NCBI GenBank assembly: GCA_964595075.1 | Contig: CAZQNT010000003.1 | Span: 7,666-65,188, forward strand | DNA from: an uncultured Gammaproteobacteria bacterium | Lineage (GTDB): Bacteria; Patescibacteriota; Patescibacteriia; 2-12-FULL-60-25 | Direction of reading: 5' to 3' | Length of the DNA: 57,523 nucleotides | In this document: one piece after another, positions 44,862 through 54,586 of the stretch | How positions within the stretch are numbered: the first letter of the stretch is position 1 | Layout of the letters: each line of letters starts with the position of its first letter | Program-made: the position numbers and the translations under genes | The notes under the pieces: generated by a model | Databases searched by the model: none | The model's input: the letters and a program-made list of their open reading frames with translations, nothing else | What the model was told of the DNA's origin: nothing

Positions 44862-46463
44862 ATGGTACAGGGTAGCGAGGCAATAATCAATAGATTTATG
44901 GTCGAATCGTCAAAAGTCCAAAAACAAAGGTTTATTGAGGCATTATCGCCCTCGACGCAAACAGAGACGCCCGAACACGCCACAATAACAGTTAACGAAA
45001 CCATAGGCAGGTTCGCGTTTTTGTACGAAAGGATCCGTAACGCGGTGGACTATAAAGACGATCATCTCATTCGGAAAGCGGCTATTTTGCGCATCATGAA
45101 GCGGCAAATGGTTTTGGAATCCGAACCGCGCGTTATCGCGGATCGTTTGATCCGTGAACTCATAGGCGCAAGATATCTTCCGAACTCAAAGCTTCCCGAA
45201 TCCAAGATCGGAGAAGTTTCGGAAAGCATAAAAAAATTTCAAGCGGTCGCGAAGATTAAAGCCGGATCGGAGCGGCATCTGGAATGGCTGAGGGGACTGA
45301 TAGCCGTTGAAATAGAAGAAAGGTTAGTCGACGCGAAAATAGAAAAAGCTCTCGCAAATTTTTTATACGAACGGCTTGCCGAGCGGATTCGCATCAAAGA
45401 CGGAACGATAGACGATACGGAGCGACGGCTTCAGATTTACGTAGCGTGTTTGCGAACTTTTCAGAAAGCGGACGAGGAAGTGTTGGGCTACAAGCTGCTC
45501 CGCGCGCATCTTCCGGAGTGGGTTCACCCGGAGACGTGGACAGAAGACCCGCGGCCGATAGCGGAGCGTCTTGTAGCGCAGGAACGCAGAATAAAAGCAT
45601 GTCTAAAGCATCGGCTCGGTCCGGCTTTTTCGCGCATGGTCAAGCCGTGGGCGGTTTCGCTAAATGTTCTTCGCGACGTGATGCAGGAAAAACCGGAGGA
45701 CGTTGCGATATTGTTGGAAAAGCCGGACGCACTCTCCATTCGCGTGGCTAGAAAAGCGGAATCTCGCTACTCGTCGTCTCGCGGTCGCGTAAGACGCGGT
45801 ACAGTCCGCGCGATTTTGTATCTTTTTGTGACCAAGATGCTGGTAGCGTTATTGCTCGAAGTGCCGCTTGAATGGTTGTGGTACGGCGGAGTAGACCGCT
45901 TGGCGCTCGGGACAAATCTCGTTTTTCCTCCCGTTCTGATGTTTTTTGTGGGTCTTTTGATCCGCATTCCCGGGCAGAAGAATACCGAGCGTCTACAACT
46001 GGGCGTGCAGGAATTGCTTTCTGACGAGCAATTGCCATTGCGCGAAATACGTTTACGGTCGAGAAAGGGGATGCGTCAGTTTTGGTTCACCGCCGCGTAT
46101 GCGTCTACCTTTTTGTTATCATTCGGACTTACGATATCGCTGCTTCAGGCGTTGCATTTCACGTGGCTTTCCATCAGCATCTTTTTGTTCTTTTTGTGCA
46201 TAGTCAGCTTTTTCGGATTCCGTTTGCGCGTTGCCGCTCGCGAGTTATTTGTGGTGGAAGGGAAGCAGGGTATATTTTCCATGTTCGTGGATTTTTATTC
46301 GCTACCGATTCTTCGCGCCGGCAAATGGCTTTCGCGCAGCATAAATCGGATCAACGTTTTTCTTTTTATTTTCGACTTTTTGTTCGAAGCGCCATTTAAG
46401 ATTTTTCTTACCGTGCTCGAAGAATGGTTCGCTTTTTTGAAGGAAAAGAAAGAGGAGCTCTAA
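44862..46463 (+). CDS. Hypothetical protein: soluble N-terminal half, polytopic C-terminal half
   Basis: 533 aa, about 6 predicted TM segments after residue ~300; alternative start at ATG 44898. Confidence 0.6.
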   Translation: MVQGSEAIINRFMVESSKVQKQRFIEALSPSTQTETPEHATITVNETIGRFAFLYERIRNAVDYKDDHLIRKAAILRIMKRQMVLESEPRVIADRLIRELIGARYLPNSKLPESKIGEVSESIKKFQAVAKIKAGSERHLEWLRGLIAVEIEERLVDAKIEKALANFLYERLAERIRIKDGTIDDTERRLQIYVACLRTFQKADEEVLGYKLLRAHLPEWVHPETWTEDPRPIAERLVAQERRIKACLKHRLGPAFSRMVKPWAVSLNVLRDVMQEKPEDVAILLEKPDALSIRVARKAESRYSSSRGRVRRGTVRAILYLFVTKMLVALLLEVPLEWLWYGGVDRLALGTNLVFPPVLMFFVGLLIRIPGQKNTERLQLGVQELLSDEQLPLREIRLRSRKGMRQFWFTAAYASTFLLSFGLTISLLQALHFTWLSISIFLFFLCIVSFFGFRLRVAARELFVVEGKQGIFSMFVDFYSLPILRAGKWLSRSINRINVFLFIFDFLFEAPFKIFLTVLEEWFAFLKEKKEEL

Positions 46464-46467
46464 AGAC

Positions 46468-47565
46468 ATGTTCACGCACCACGCAACATCGAGCAAATCT
46501 CGTGCAAGACGCGGAACGCTCGTTACTCCACACGGTTCCGTCGAGACTCCATGCTTCATGCCTATTGCGACGCGCGGCGTGGTGAAGACGATTTCGTCCG
46601 AAGATCTTAAAAGTCTCGGAGCGTCAATCATCCTTTCAAATACCTATCATCTATATATTCGTCCGGGTTTGGATGTGCTTCAAGCGGCAGGCGGTCTTCA
46701 TCCTTTTATGTCGTGGAACGGTCCGCTTTTGACGGACTCCGGCGGATATCAGGTTTTTTCGTTGGCGAAAATGCGGAAGATAACGGAAGAAGGCGCGATG
46801 TTCGCTTCACATATCGACGGTTCACGCCACTTGCTTACGCCGGAATTGTCCATGCAAATCCAGCAGATAATCGGGAGCGACGTCATCATGGTTTTGGACG
46901 AATGTACCCCCGCGAATTCCACCGCGGAATATCTTCGCGACTCCGTATCTCGAACAACGCGATGGGCGGAGCGATCCAAAAAGGAATTCGAAAAGAGGAG
47001 AGACACGTCGTTTAATCCTGGCGCAAAACTTTTCGGAATCGTTCAAGGAGGTACGGACGAAGAAATGCGAAAACGCCACGCGGCAGAACTCATGTCGATC
47101 GGATTCGACGGATACGCGATCGGCGGTCTTTCTGTCGGCGAACCGTTCGATGCGGCATGCAACATCGTAGAAGCGGTTGATAGCGTGTTGCCGAAAGATG
47201 AACCACGATATTTTATGGGCGGTGCAAAACCGGAAGAGATCGTTGCGTACGTTCGTCGCGGAATTGATATGTTCGATTGCGTTCTTCCGACAAGGAACGC
47301 AAGGCACGGGCAGCTTTATCGTTTCGTGCACGATGATTTGTCTCGTCCGGATTTCTACGAAGTCGTACACATAACGAATGAAAAGTGGAAGGATTATTTT
47401 TCTCCTGTATCCAGTGAACTACCAAACGTCTCATACGCCTATCTTCGCCACCTATTTACAATCGAAGAAATGCTTGCGTGCCGGCTGGCGACGTTGAATA
47501 ACTTGAGATTTTATATTGAACTGATGTCGCGACTTCGTGCGGGAATTAGTATTGGCTCAGTGTAA
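46468..47565 (+). CDS. tgt: Queuine tRNA-ribosyltransferase homologue
   Basis: TDSGGYQVFS, VLDEC, AIGGLSVGE; the Zn-binding CxCxxC..H positions are substituted. Confidence 0.9.
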   Translation: MFTHHATSSKSRARRGTLVTPHGSVETPCFMPIATRGVVKTISSEDLKSLGASIILSNTYHLYIRPGLDVLQAAGGLHPFMSWNGPLLTDSGGYQVFSLAKMRKITEEGAMFASHIDGSRHLLTPELSMQIQQIIGSDVIMVLDECTPANSTAEYLRDSVSRTTRWAERSKKEFEKRRDTSFNPGAKLFGIVQGGTDEEMRKRHAAELMSIGFDGYAIGGLSVGEPFDAACNIVEAVDSVLPKDEPRYFMGGAKPEEIVAYVRRGIDMFDCVLPTRNARHGQLYRFVHDDLSRPDFYEVVHITNEKWKDYFSPVSSELPNVSYAYLRHLFTIEEMLACRLATLNNLRFYIELMSRLRAGISIGSV

Positions 47566-47584
47566 AAGACTATCAAATGCGGGG

Positions 47585-47685
47585 AATAACCCCCTCTAAC
47601 TCCCCCTTATAATTAAGGGGGAGGATGGTGCGTAAATTCCTCCCCTTAACTATACAGACGTAAGGGGAGGTTAGGAGGGGTTATT
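47585..47685. repeat. Family F composite hairpin element
   Basis: AATAACCCCCTCTAACTCCCCCTTA ... TAAGGGGAGGTTAGGAGGGGTTATT with an inner TAAGGGGGAG / TTCCTCCCCTTA. Confidence 0.8.
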
Positions 47686-47784
47686 TCATTTCGGATGAAT
47701 GATTGACGTTGATTTGAAGGATTGCTACAATTTTGCCCTTCGCACTTTCTTTTCTTTGGAACAAACAACACTGGAGGTGAAGCA

Positions 47785-48291
47785 ATGGGACAGGTGGATA
47801 CGCAGAATCGAATCGTACAAAGCTGCCAGCTCACGGTCATCACGTGCATGGATTTCCGCCTCCACGGGGCGACGAACCTTCCGCATTACCTGGCGCAACG
47901 CTTCGGCGAGTACGCCACGTACGATCTTCTCACGCCGCCAGGCGGTTGCTACCCGCTGATCCACGAAGGGGAGCAGGAACGTCAGAGGGTTCTCGATCAC
48001 CTCGCGCTTTCGGTCGGTCTCCACGCTCCCGAAACCATTCTCATCATCCCGCACGTCAACTGCGGACGCTACCACGCGGCGCGCAAGTTCTTGTCCATGG
48101 AGGACGAGGTAGACCAATTGACGCAGGACGTACTCCTTACCGGCAAGCTGCTTCTCAAGCAGTTTCCAACGGCGGAAGTCCGCGGCTTCATCGCCAATGT
48201 CAGCGACCAAATGATGACCGGGTTGGAAGAGGTACTCTCGGCTCCTGTCGAATCCCGAAGCGGAACGCTGCAATTCAGCAGCGTCGACTAG
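47785..48291 (+). CDS. Beta-carbonic-anhydrase-like protein (Cab-type motifs)
   Basis: CMDFR and HVNCG; GGAGGTG Shine-Dalgarno 6 nt upstream of ATG 47785; ~60% GC. Confidence 0.6.
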   Translation: MGQVDTQNRIVQSCQLTVITCMDFRLHGATNLPHYLAQRFGEYATYDLLTPPGGCYPLIHEGEQERQRVLDHLALSVGLHAPETILIIPHVNCGRYHAARKFLSMEDEVDQLTQDVLLTGKLLLKQFPTAEVRGFIANVSDQMMTGLEEVLSAPVESRSGTLQFSSVD

Positions 48292-48357
48292 CGGCTGTTC
48301 CAACGCTCTTGCGGCGACCTTCACGGCGCCGTTTTTTCTTGCTAACGTATTTTCACT

Positions 48358-48792
48358 ATGAGTCATAAATGTTCAAACCTTGTTCTACAATGCATGGACT
48401 TCCGCTTCATGCGAGGAATTCGCGAGTATCTTGACGCGCGCGGTTTTACCGGTGATTCGGATCTTGTTTCCATGGCAGGGGCGGCTAAAAATCTTGTTGA
48501 TTCCGCGGATCCATCATCCGCGGCTACGGCGCGTTTACAGATCAAGCTGTCACACGATCTGCATGGGATTTCGCGCGTAATATTGATAAATCATCTTGAT
48601 TGCGGCGCGTATGGAGGACGAGCGGCGTTCGTGTCAGATGAAGAAGAGTTTGCCAGACACTCGGAAGACCTGAAGTCCGCTCGCGCGTCGATTATTGCCG
48701 AATATCCAAGGACAGAAGTTAGTCTCGCAATCGCAAAGATAAACTTTGACGGGAAAGTGAGTTTCGAAGAAATCGATGCCCGATCTTCTTGA
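48358..48792 (+). CDS. Beta-carbonic-anhydrase-like protein, divergent paralogue
   Basis: CMDFR, GDSDLVSMAG, HLDCG; 144 aa. Confidence 0.6.
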   Translation: MSHKCSNLVLQCMDFRFMRGIREYLDARGFTGDSDLVSMAGAAKNLVDSADPSSAATARLQIKLSHDLHGISRVILINHLDCGAYGGRAAFVSDEEEFARHSEDLKSARASIIAEYPRTEVSLAIAKINFDGKVSFEEIDARSS

Positions 48793-51736
48793 GGGTTTAA
48801 ATGATGCGCAGCGCGCTGCCGTCACGCATGGCAACGGGCCTCTTCTGATTGTCGCTGGCGCAGGGACTGGTAAGACCGCTGTTCTTACGCGACGTTACGC
48901 GTGGTTGTTGAAGGAACGATCGTTGGACACGTCGCGGATACTCTCTCTCACTTTTACGGATAAGGCGGCTGGTGAGATGGAGGATCGTATTCTGCAGCTT
49001 TTGCCGAACGGTTCTTATGATTTTTGGGTTCACACGTTTCACGGTTTTTGCCAACGCGTTCTTGAATCCCATGCGGTGAAAATCGGACTTCCTCATAAGT
49101 TCAGGTTGCTGAACGAGACGGAGGCGTGGCTGTTCGTTACGCGCCACTATCGCGAATTTCCGCTCGACTACTATACGCAGCTCGGAAATCCTCGAAAGTT
49201 TTTAGCTGCTTTGCTGAAACATTTTTCGCGCGCGCAAGACGAGGATATTTCTCCAGAAGTATATTCGGCGTTCGCGAAAGATATCGCTTTGGATGCTGAC
49301 GTTGAAACCGAAAGAAGTCGGCTTGAAGAGCTGGCTTCGTGTTACGCGATGTATCGGCGTTTGATGCGCGATGAGGGATATTTGGATTTCGGCAGTTTGC
49401 TTGTCGAGACTCTTCGGCTGTTTCGTGAAAGACCCGAAGCTCTCGCCGCATATCAAAAGCAATTCGATTTCATCCTCGTTGACGAGTTTCAGGATACGAA
49501 CGGCGCGCAGTATGAGTTGATAAAACTTCTTGCGGGAGACGATCGCAACATCACGGTCGTAGGAGACGACGATCAGGCGATATATAAATTTCGCGGCGCG
49601 TCACTTTCGAACATACTTCAATTTCGCGACGATTTTCCAGATGCGACAACCGTGGCCTTACGCCAAAACTATCGTTCGGCGCAGGAGATTTTGGACGTTT
49701 CCGGCGCGTTTATCCGCAAGAACGATCCGAATCGTCTCGAATCGCAATTGAAGGAGATAGGACTTGATAAGACGCTTCAATCGGCGCGCGACGATGTTCG
49801 AGGAGACGTGCGCGCTATTTGGTATGAAAATATCGAGGATGAAGCGGAAGCGGCGGTTGAACGAATGATCGCGCTCAAAAACGCCGATCCTGAAACGAGT
49901 TGGAACGACATGGCGATTCTCGCGCGATCGAACGAAAGCGCCATGCCTTTCGTGCGCGCGCTTGAGAGAGCGGACGTTCCATATCTGTTTCAAGCGTTGC
50001 GCGGTTTGTATTCCAAGCCCGTTGTTTTGGATTTGCTCGCGCTTCTCGGCATGTGCGTTTCGACTCAAGATTCTCCGTTCGCGTTTCGCGTTCTGACTTT
50101 GCCGTCATTCGCGTTTCCGCCGTCGGATCTCGCGGCCGTTATTCGTTTCGCGGAAAAGAAGCGCATCGGATTATGGGATGCGTTGAGGCGAATTCCGCAA
50201 GGAGAAGACGGACTTTCAGACGCGGGGAAAACGGCTGCCGAGAGCGTTTTATCCCTTTTTGATTCTCTTACGATCGCGTCTCATCGCGAGCCGCCGTTAT
50301 CCGTTCTGCATTCCGCGATCAAACAAAGCAAGATTCTAGAAAGCGTTCTTGCCGGCGACGAAGCTTCTCGCATGGAACAGATCGCGTATATCAACGCGTT
50401 TGTTCGCCGTGTCGAGCGTTACGAATCATTGAGACACAATCCGACAGTCCTTGGATTGTTGGAAGAAATAAGAATGGAGATTGAGAGCGGGGACGACGGC
50501 GCGCTCAGATCCGATCCGAACGACGGGCCGGATCAAGTGAAAGTGATGACGGTTCATGCGTCTAAGGGATTGGAATTCAAACACGTCTTCGTCGTGTCTT
50601 TGGTGGATCAGCGTTTTCCCACGCGCGAACGGGAGGACGCAATTCCTCTTCCCGAAGGTTTGTCTCGAGAAAAAATCTACAAAGGCGGAACGCATCTCGA
50701 AGAAGAGCGGCGGCTTATGTACGTGGCGATGACAAGGGCGAAGCAATCGCTTACGCTAACCGGCGCCGCGGACGTAGGCGGCGTACGAAAGAAAAAACCT
50801 TCCGTGTTTTTTGAGGAGGCGTCGCTCGAAGTTAGGGTCGCTCAGACAGGCGGCGATCGCGTCGAGAGATTCGTGAATATCTCCGAACGCCCAACGCGCG
50901 AGACCAAGGAAGCGGAGCTCTTGACGTACCTGCCGTTAAAACGGCGTTTTTCTTTTACGCAATTGGCGGCATTTCGAAGCTGTCCCATGCAGTACAAGTT
51001 CGCGCACGTCTACCGAATTCCGATTATCGGTTCGCATCAAAAGAGTTTCGGACAGGTTATGCACTCCGCGCTTCACGATATTTTGGAAAATCACGCGGAA
51101 CGCGGAAAGGCGGCGCAAGGATCGTTGTTCGAGGGGTCGGCGCGGCAGGAGTTCCCAACATCCGGGTTACGAGTTACGAAAGACGAGGCGCTCGAGATTT
51201 ATGAGACGCGCTGGAATGAAAATGATTTTTGGTATCCTGATCGCGCGATGTATGACAAGTATTATTCGGAAGGGAAAGAAGCGATCTCGCGGATGTGGAA
51301 TATCTGGAACGAGAAACCGCCGACTGTCGCCGGTCTTGAGTTGAATTTTGACTGGAAGATCGGCGATCACTCTATCCGAGGAAGCGTGGACAGGATCGAC
51401 GATTGCGGCGACGGTACGGTCGCGATCTTCGACTATAAGACGGGACAGCCGAAGACCGAAGAAGACATCGGCAAAGAAGATCGCGAGCAGCTTCAGATTT
51501 ACCAGCTGGCGATGGAATGTCGCGGAATGAATGTTTCGTCGCTCGCCTACGTTTACCTACAAAACGGACAGAGCGTTAACGCGCCGACTCTGGGAGAGAA
51601 AGAGCGCGCGCCGTTTACGGATGCTTTGCTTGAGAGAATGAATGAGATTTTACAGTCGCGTTTCACGCCGAAACCGTCCCAATTCATCTGCAAGTTTTGC
51701 GATTTCAAGAACATCTGCGAATTCAGGAAGACGTGA
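48776..51736 (+). CDS. UvrD/PcrA-type helicase fused to a PD-(D/E)XK nuclease with a Cys cluster (AddA/AdnB-like)
   Basis: AGAGTGKT, VDEFQDT, VGDDDQAIY, YVAMTRA; C-terminal CPMQY..DRID..FDYKTG..QLQIYQ..CKFCDFKNIC. Confidence 0.88.
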   Translation: MPDLLEGLNDAQRAAVTHGNGPLLIVAGAGTGKTAVLTRRYAWLLKERSLDTSRILSLTFTDKAAGEMEDRILQLLPNGSYDFWVHTFHGFCQRVLESHAVKIGLPHKFRLLNETEAWLFVTRHYREFPLDYYTQLGNPRKFLAALLKHFSRAQDEDISPEVYSAFAKDIALDADVETERSRLEELASCYAMYRRLMRDEGYLDFGSLLVETLRLFRERPEALAAYQKQFDFILVDEFQDTNGAQYELIKLLAGDDRNITVVGDDDQAIYKFRGASLSNILQFRDDFPDATTVALRQNYRSAQEILDVSGAFIRKNDPNRLESQLKEIGLDKTLQSARDDVRGDVRAIWYENIEDEAEAAVERMIALKNADPETSWNDMAILARSNESAMPFVRALERADVPYLFQALRGLYSKPVVLDLLALLGMCVSTQDSPFAFRVLTLPSFAFPPSDLAAVIRFAEKKRIGLWDALRRIPQGEDGLSDAGKTAAESVLSLFDSLTIASHREPPLSVLHSAIKQSKILESVLAGDEASRMEQIAYINAFVRRVERYESLRHNPTVLGLLEEIRMEIESGDDGALRSDPNDGPDQVKVMTVHASKGLEFKHVFVVSLVDQRFPTREREDAIPLPEGLSREKIYKGGTHLEEERRLMYVAMTRAKQSLTLTGAADVGGVRKKKPSVFFEEASLEVRVAQTGGDRVERFVNISERPTRETKEAELLTYLPLKRRFSFTQLAAFRSCPMQYKFAHVYRIPIIGSHQKSFGQVMHSALHDILENHAERGKAAQGSLFEGSARQEFPTSGLRVTKDEALEIYETRWNENDFWYPDRAMYDKYYSEGKEAISRMWNIWNEKPPTVAGLELNFDWKIGDHSIRGSVDRIDDCGDGTVAIFDYKTGQPKTEEDIGKEDREQLQIYQLAMECRGMNVSSLAYVYLQNGQSVNAPTLGEKERAPFTDALLERMNEILQSRFTPKPSQFICKFCDFKNICEFRKT

Positions 51737-51740
51737 TTTT

Positions 51741-52046
51741 ATGCCGTTTCATTCCATAAAAAAAATACTCCCGTCCGTTCTTGCGGGTCGTCCGTTTACT
51801 CGCCAACTTGAAGCGTCGCAGGTGCTTGAACATGCGGCGGCGGCGGTTTTGGGGGTTTGGGGAGAGGAGCGCGCCAGGTTTGTGAATCCGGTGTCGTTTG
51901 CGGATGGGACTTTGAAATTCGAATCAACGTCCGCCGTGGCGATGCAGCAATTTCGCGTTGATGAGGTGAGGATGATGAATGAAATAAATAGGAGATGCGG
52001 AAGCCGCCGAGTGACGCGAATAGAAGTGAGATCGAAAGGGTTTTGA
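51741..52046 (+). CDS. DUF721-like small protein
   Basis: ~100 aa, pattern ..VLGVWGEE..V.P.SF.DGTL.....S.A.A.Q......V..MN..; assignment from memory of the family. Confidence 0.5.
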   Translation: MPFHSIKKILPSVLAGRPFTRQLEASQVLEHAAAAVLGVWGEERARFVNPVSFADGTLKFESTSAVAMQQFRVDEVRMMNEINRRCGSRRVTRIEVRSKGF

Positions 52047-52075
52047 AACAAAAGCATATCGATCACGATCCAGTC

Positions 52076-52226
52076 CTCCCTCTTAAGATAAGAGGGAGTT
52101 ATGAACCGTGAAGAAATCTTATTCCAATTGGTTTTGATTATTCACTGTTCGTAACTCCTCCTAACCTCCTCTTACCCCGTAAAGGGGCGTTGCCCCAACG
52201 GGGCTTTACGCCCTAAGAGGAGGGAT
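52076..52226. repeat. Two family F-related hairpins
   Basis: CTCCCTCTTAagaTAAGAGGGAG (52076-52098). CCTCCTCTTA (52165-52174) pairs with TAAGAGGAGG (52214-52223) around a 39-nt GC-rich nested hairpin. Confidence 0.75.
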
Positions 52227-52238
52227 TTGAATCAGACG

Positions 52239-52247
52239 TGATATAAT
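52239..52247 (+). promoter_or_regulatory. Extended -10 TGaTATAAT ending 6 nt before ATG 52254
   Basis: Geometry implies a leaderless transcript; no clear -35. Confidence 0.3.
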
Positions 52248-52253
52248 CACTGC

Positions 52254-52643
52254 ATGACGTTTCGGATGTATCTTATGTTTATGGCGGTGGCAACCGCTTT
52301 GGCGGCTTTTGCGTGGGGCGTTATAGTTTGGAATACGGATCCGTTCGAAACCGGACTGGCGGGATTTTTGATGTTCTATCTTACGCTGTTCATGGCGCTG
52401 GTCGGCGGGCTCACGATTTTAGGATCGCTTTATCGAGTGCATATCTTGAAACGCAAGGACGTGCTTATTCGCGAGGTAAAGATATCTTTTCGACACGCAA
52501 TCGCGCTGTCGATGGCAGGAATCGCGGCGCTTGTTTTATCCGCACAGGGGAAACTTCACTGGTGGTCGTTTCTCATTCTGATCGTAATATTTTCCATTGT
52601 TGAATATTTGTTTTTGATGAAAGAGGAGTCGCGGCGGTCTTGA
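52254..52643 (+). CDS. Hypothetical four-TM membrane protein
   Basis: 129 aa, strongly hydrophobic. Confidence 0.55.
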   Translation: MTFRMYLMFMAVATALAAFAWGVIVWNTDPFETGLAGFLMFYLTLFMALVGGLTILGSLYRVHILKRKDVLIREVKISFRHAIALSMAGIAALVLSAQGKLHWWSFLILIVIFSIVEYLFLMKEESRRS

Positions 52644-52708
52644 ACACGAAATTGGCTCATTGCTCTCACTTGATCATCTCGCTTCAGCGTGCCTAAGATA
52701 GGGAACGT

Positions 52709-53755
52709 ATGTTCACGATGTTAACGTCCCGCTTGTCCAAAGATCTCGGCGTGGATCTTGGAACGGCCAATACCCTGATGTACTCGAAGGGAAAGGGAAT
52801 TGTCGTGAACGAACCGTCTTTCGTTGCCGTAAATCTTCGCAACGGGCAGATACTCGCGGTCGGGCATGACGCCAAGGCGATGCTCGGAAAGACGCCTCCG
52901 CACGTTTTGGTTTCACGACCGCTTCAGCGAGGGATAATTGCGGATTTCGAAGTTACGGAAAAAATGCTCCGTTTTTTCTTTGAAAAAGTTCATCGAGAAA
53001 GTTCCGCGCTGATTCCAAGGCCGCGCGTTGTAGTAGGCGCTCCTCTCAACATTACCGAAGTGGAGCGCAAGGCCGTTGGGGACGCGATTCTCGCCGCAGG
53101 CGCGCGCGAAGTTCACATAGTGGAAGAGCCTATGGCTGCGGCTATAGGCGTAGGTCTTCCGATAACGGAACCGGTCGGAAATTTGATAATAGACATCGGA
53201 GGAGGCACAACCGAAATAGCGGTCATCTCATTGAACGGAGTAGTGACATCCAAGTCCATTCCGATCGCGGGAGATGAAATGAATCGAAATATAGTTCAAT
53301 ACGCCAGAGACGTATTCAATCTTCTGCTCGGAGAGCGTGTTGCCGAAGACGTGAAAATCGAAGCGGGAAGCGCGATTCCGCTCTCCGAAAGGCGCGAGGT
53401 TTCCATGCGCGGGCGCGATTTGCTTTCGGGATTGCCGCGCGAAATAATGGTGAGCGACGAACAGGTCAGAGAGGCGCTCGCGCGTTCCGTTAAAGCGATA
53501 GTCGAACACATCAAATCCATTTTGGAAATAACACCGCCCGAATTGGTAGCTGACATTTACCGTCAGGGAATCGGGCTTTCCGGCGGCGGCGCGCTTCTTC
53601 GTGGTTTGGACAAAGCGATTTCGGATGGGACCGGATTGGCTGTACGAATTGCGGACGAGCCGTTATTTGCGGTAGTACGAGGCGCGGGTTTATTGTTGGA
53701 GGATCGCAGATTGCTTAACGACGTATCAATACCGGTGACGGATCTGATGCGTTAG
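52709..53755 (+). CDS. mreB: Rod-shape protein MreB
   Basis: LGVDLGTANTL, DIGGGTTEIAV, LSGGGALLRGL. Confidence 0.93.
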   Translation: MFTMLTSRLSKDLGVDLGTANTLMYSKGKGIVVNEPSFVAVNLRNGQILAVGHDAKAMLGKTPPHVLVSRPLQRGIIADFEVTEKMLRFFFEKVHRESSALIPRPRVVVGAPLNITEVERKAVGDAILAAGAREVHIVEEPMAAAIGVGLPITEPVGNLIIDIGGGTTEIAVISLNGVVTSKSIPIAGDEMNRNIVQYARDVFNLLLGERVAEDVKIEAGSAIPLSERREVSMRGRDLLSGLPREIMVSDEQVREALARSVKAIVEHIKSILEITPPELVADIYRQGIGLSGGGALLRGLDKAISDGTGLAVRIADEPLFAVVRGAGLLLEDRRLLNDVSIPVTDLMR

Positions 53756-53767
53756 CAAGGAGGACGC

Positions 53768-54586
53768 ATGAAGAGAAGTTCAAAACTTTTAATCGCCTCG
53801 ATCGTAACGGTTATCGTATTATCCGTTCTTCAGATTTCTCGGCTTCTACAACCGGTCGAGGATGTTTTTCGCGCGGCGCTTCTTCCTGTCGGGCGTATTT
53901 TTGCGACAGTCGGAGTCGGCGCGCGAAATTTACTGATCGGATCTCCGGAATTCAACGAGTTGCGTGATCGCAATGAAGAGCTGGAAGCGCGCGCGAGTTC
54001 GCTTATCGTAGATTATGTTCGTTTGCGGGCGTTGGAGGAAGAGAACCGGTCGCTTACTTCGCTTCTTAACTTTAAACAACAGACCGGTTACGACATGGTT
54101 CCGGCGAGAGTCATCGTTCGAAGCGTCGATCCGCATTCAGCCACGATCGTTATTGATCGCGGTTCAAAAGACGGCGTGGAAACAGGAATGGCCGTAGTTG
54201 TAGGTGATGGGATTTTGGTCGGTAAAGTCACGTCTCTTAAGGAAAGAATATCCACAGTGACTTTGGTTTCCGATGAATCGAGCCGGCTCGCTGCGGCGTC
54301 AATCGGAGGGAGTCGTTTGTTCGGACTCGTTGAAGGAAGCGGGAATCAAGTTGCGCGGCTCACGCTGGTTCCGCAGTCAGAGCCGCTTGAACGCGATGAT
54401 ATTATCGTTACGGCGGGAACGGAAGAAAAAATTCCGCCGCATCTTGTGATCGGCATAGTAAACGACGTGCAGGGTACTCCCACCGATCCTTTCAAGAGCG
54501 CGTCCATAGAACCGCTTGCAAAAAGAGATCAATTGAACATAGTAATGGTTCTATTGCCAAGCGCGCTTCGTCCGGTTGAAAAATGA
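53768..54586 (+). CDS. mreC: Rod-shape protein MreC
   Basis: N-terminal TM, coiled coil (ENRSLTSLLNFK), beta-barrel region GMAVV..G.LVGKV. Confidence 0.85.
   Translation: MKRSSKLLIASIVTVIVLSVLQISRLLQPVEDVFRAALLPVGRIFATVGVGARNLLIGSPEFNELRDRNEELEARASSLIVDYVRLRALEEENRSLTSLLNFKQQTGYDMVPARVIVRSVDPHSATIVIDRGSKDGVETGMAVVVGDGILVGKVTSLKERISTVTLVSDESSRLAAASIGGSRLFGLVEGSGNQVARLTLVPQSEPLERDDIIVTAGTEEKIPPHLVIGIVNDVQGTPTDPFKSASIEPLAKRDQLNIVMVLLPSALRPVEK

Noticed and set aside
47725-48366. 213-aa minus-strand ORF and 174-aa alternative plus-frame ORF (47844-48368) over the first CA-like gene
   Set aside because: These are open frames typical of locally GC-rich DNA. The sense frame carries the CxDxR/HxxCG motifs and a strong SD, while the others have no motifs.
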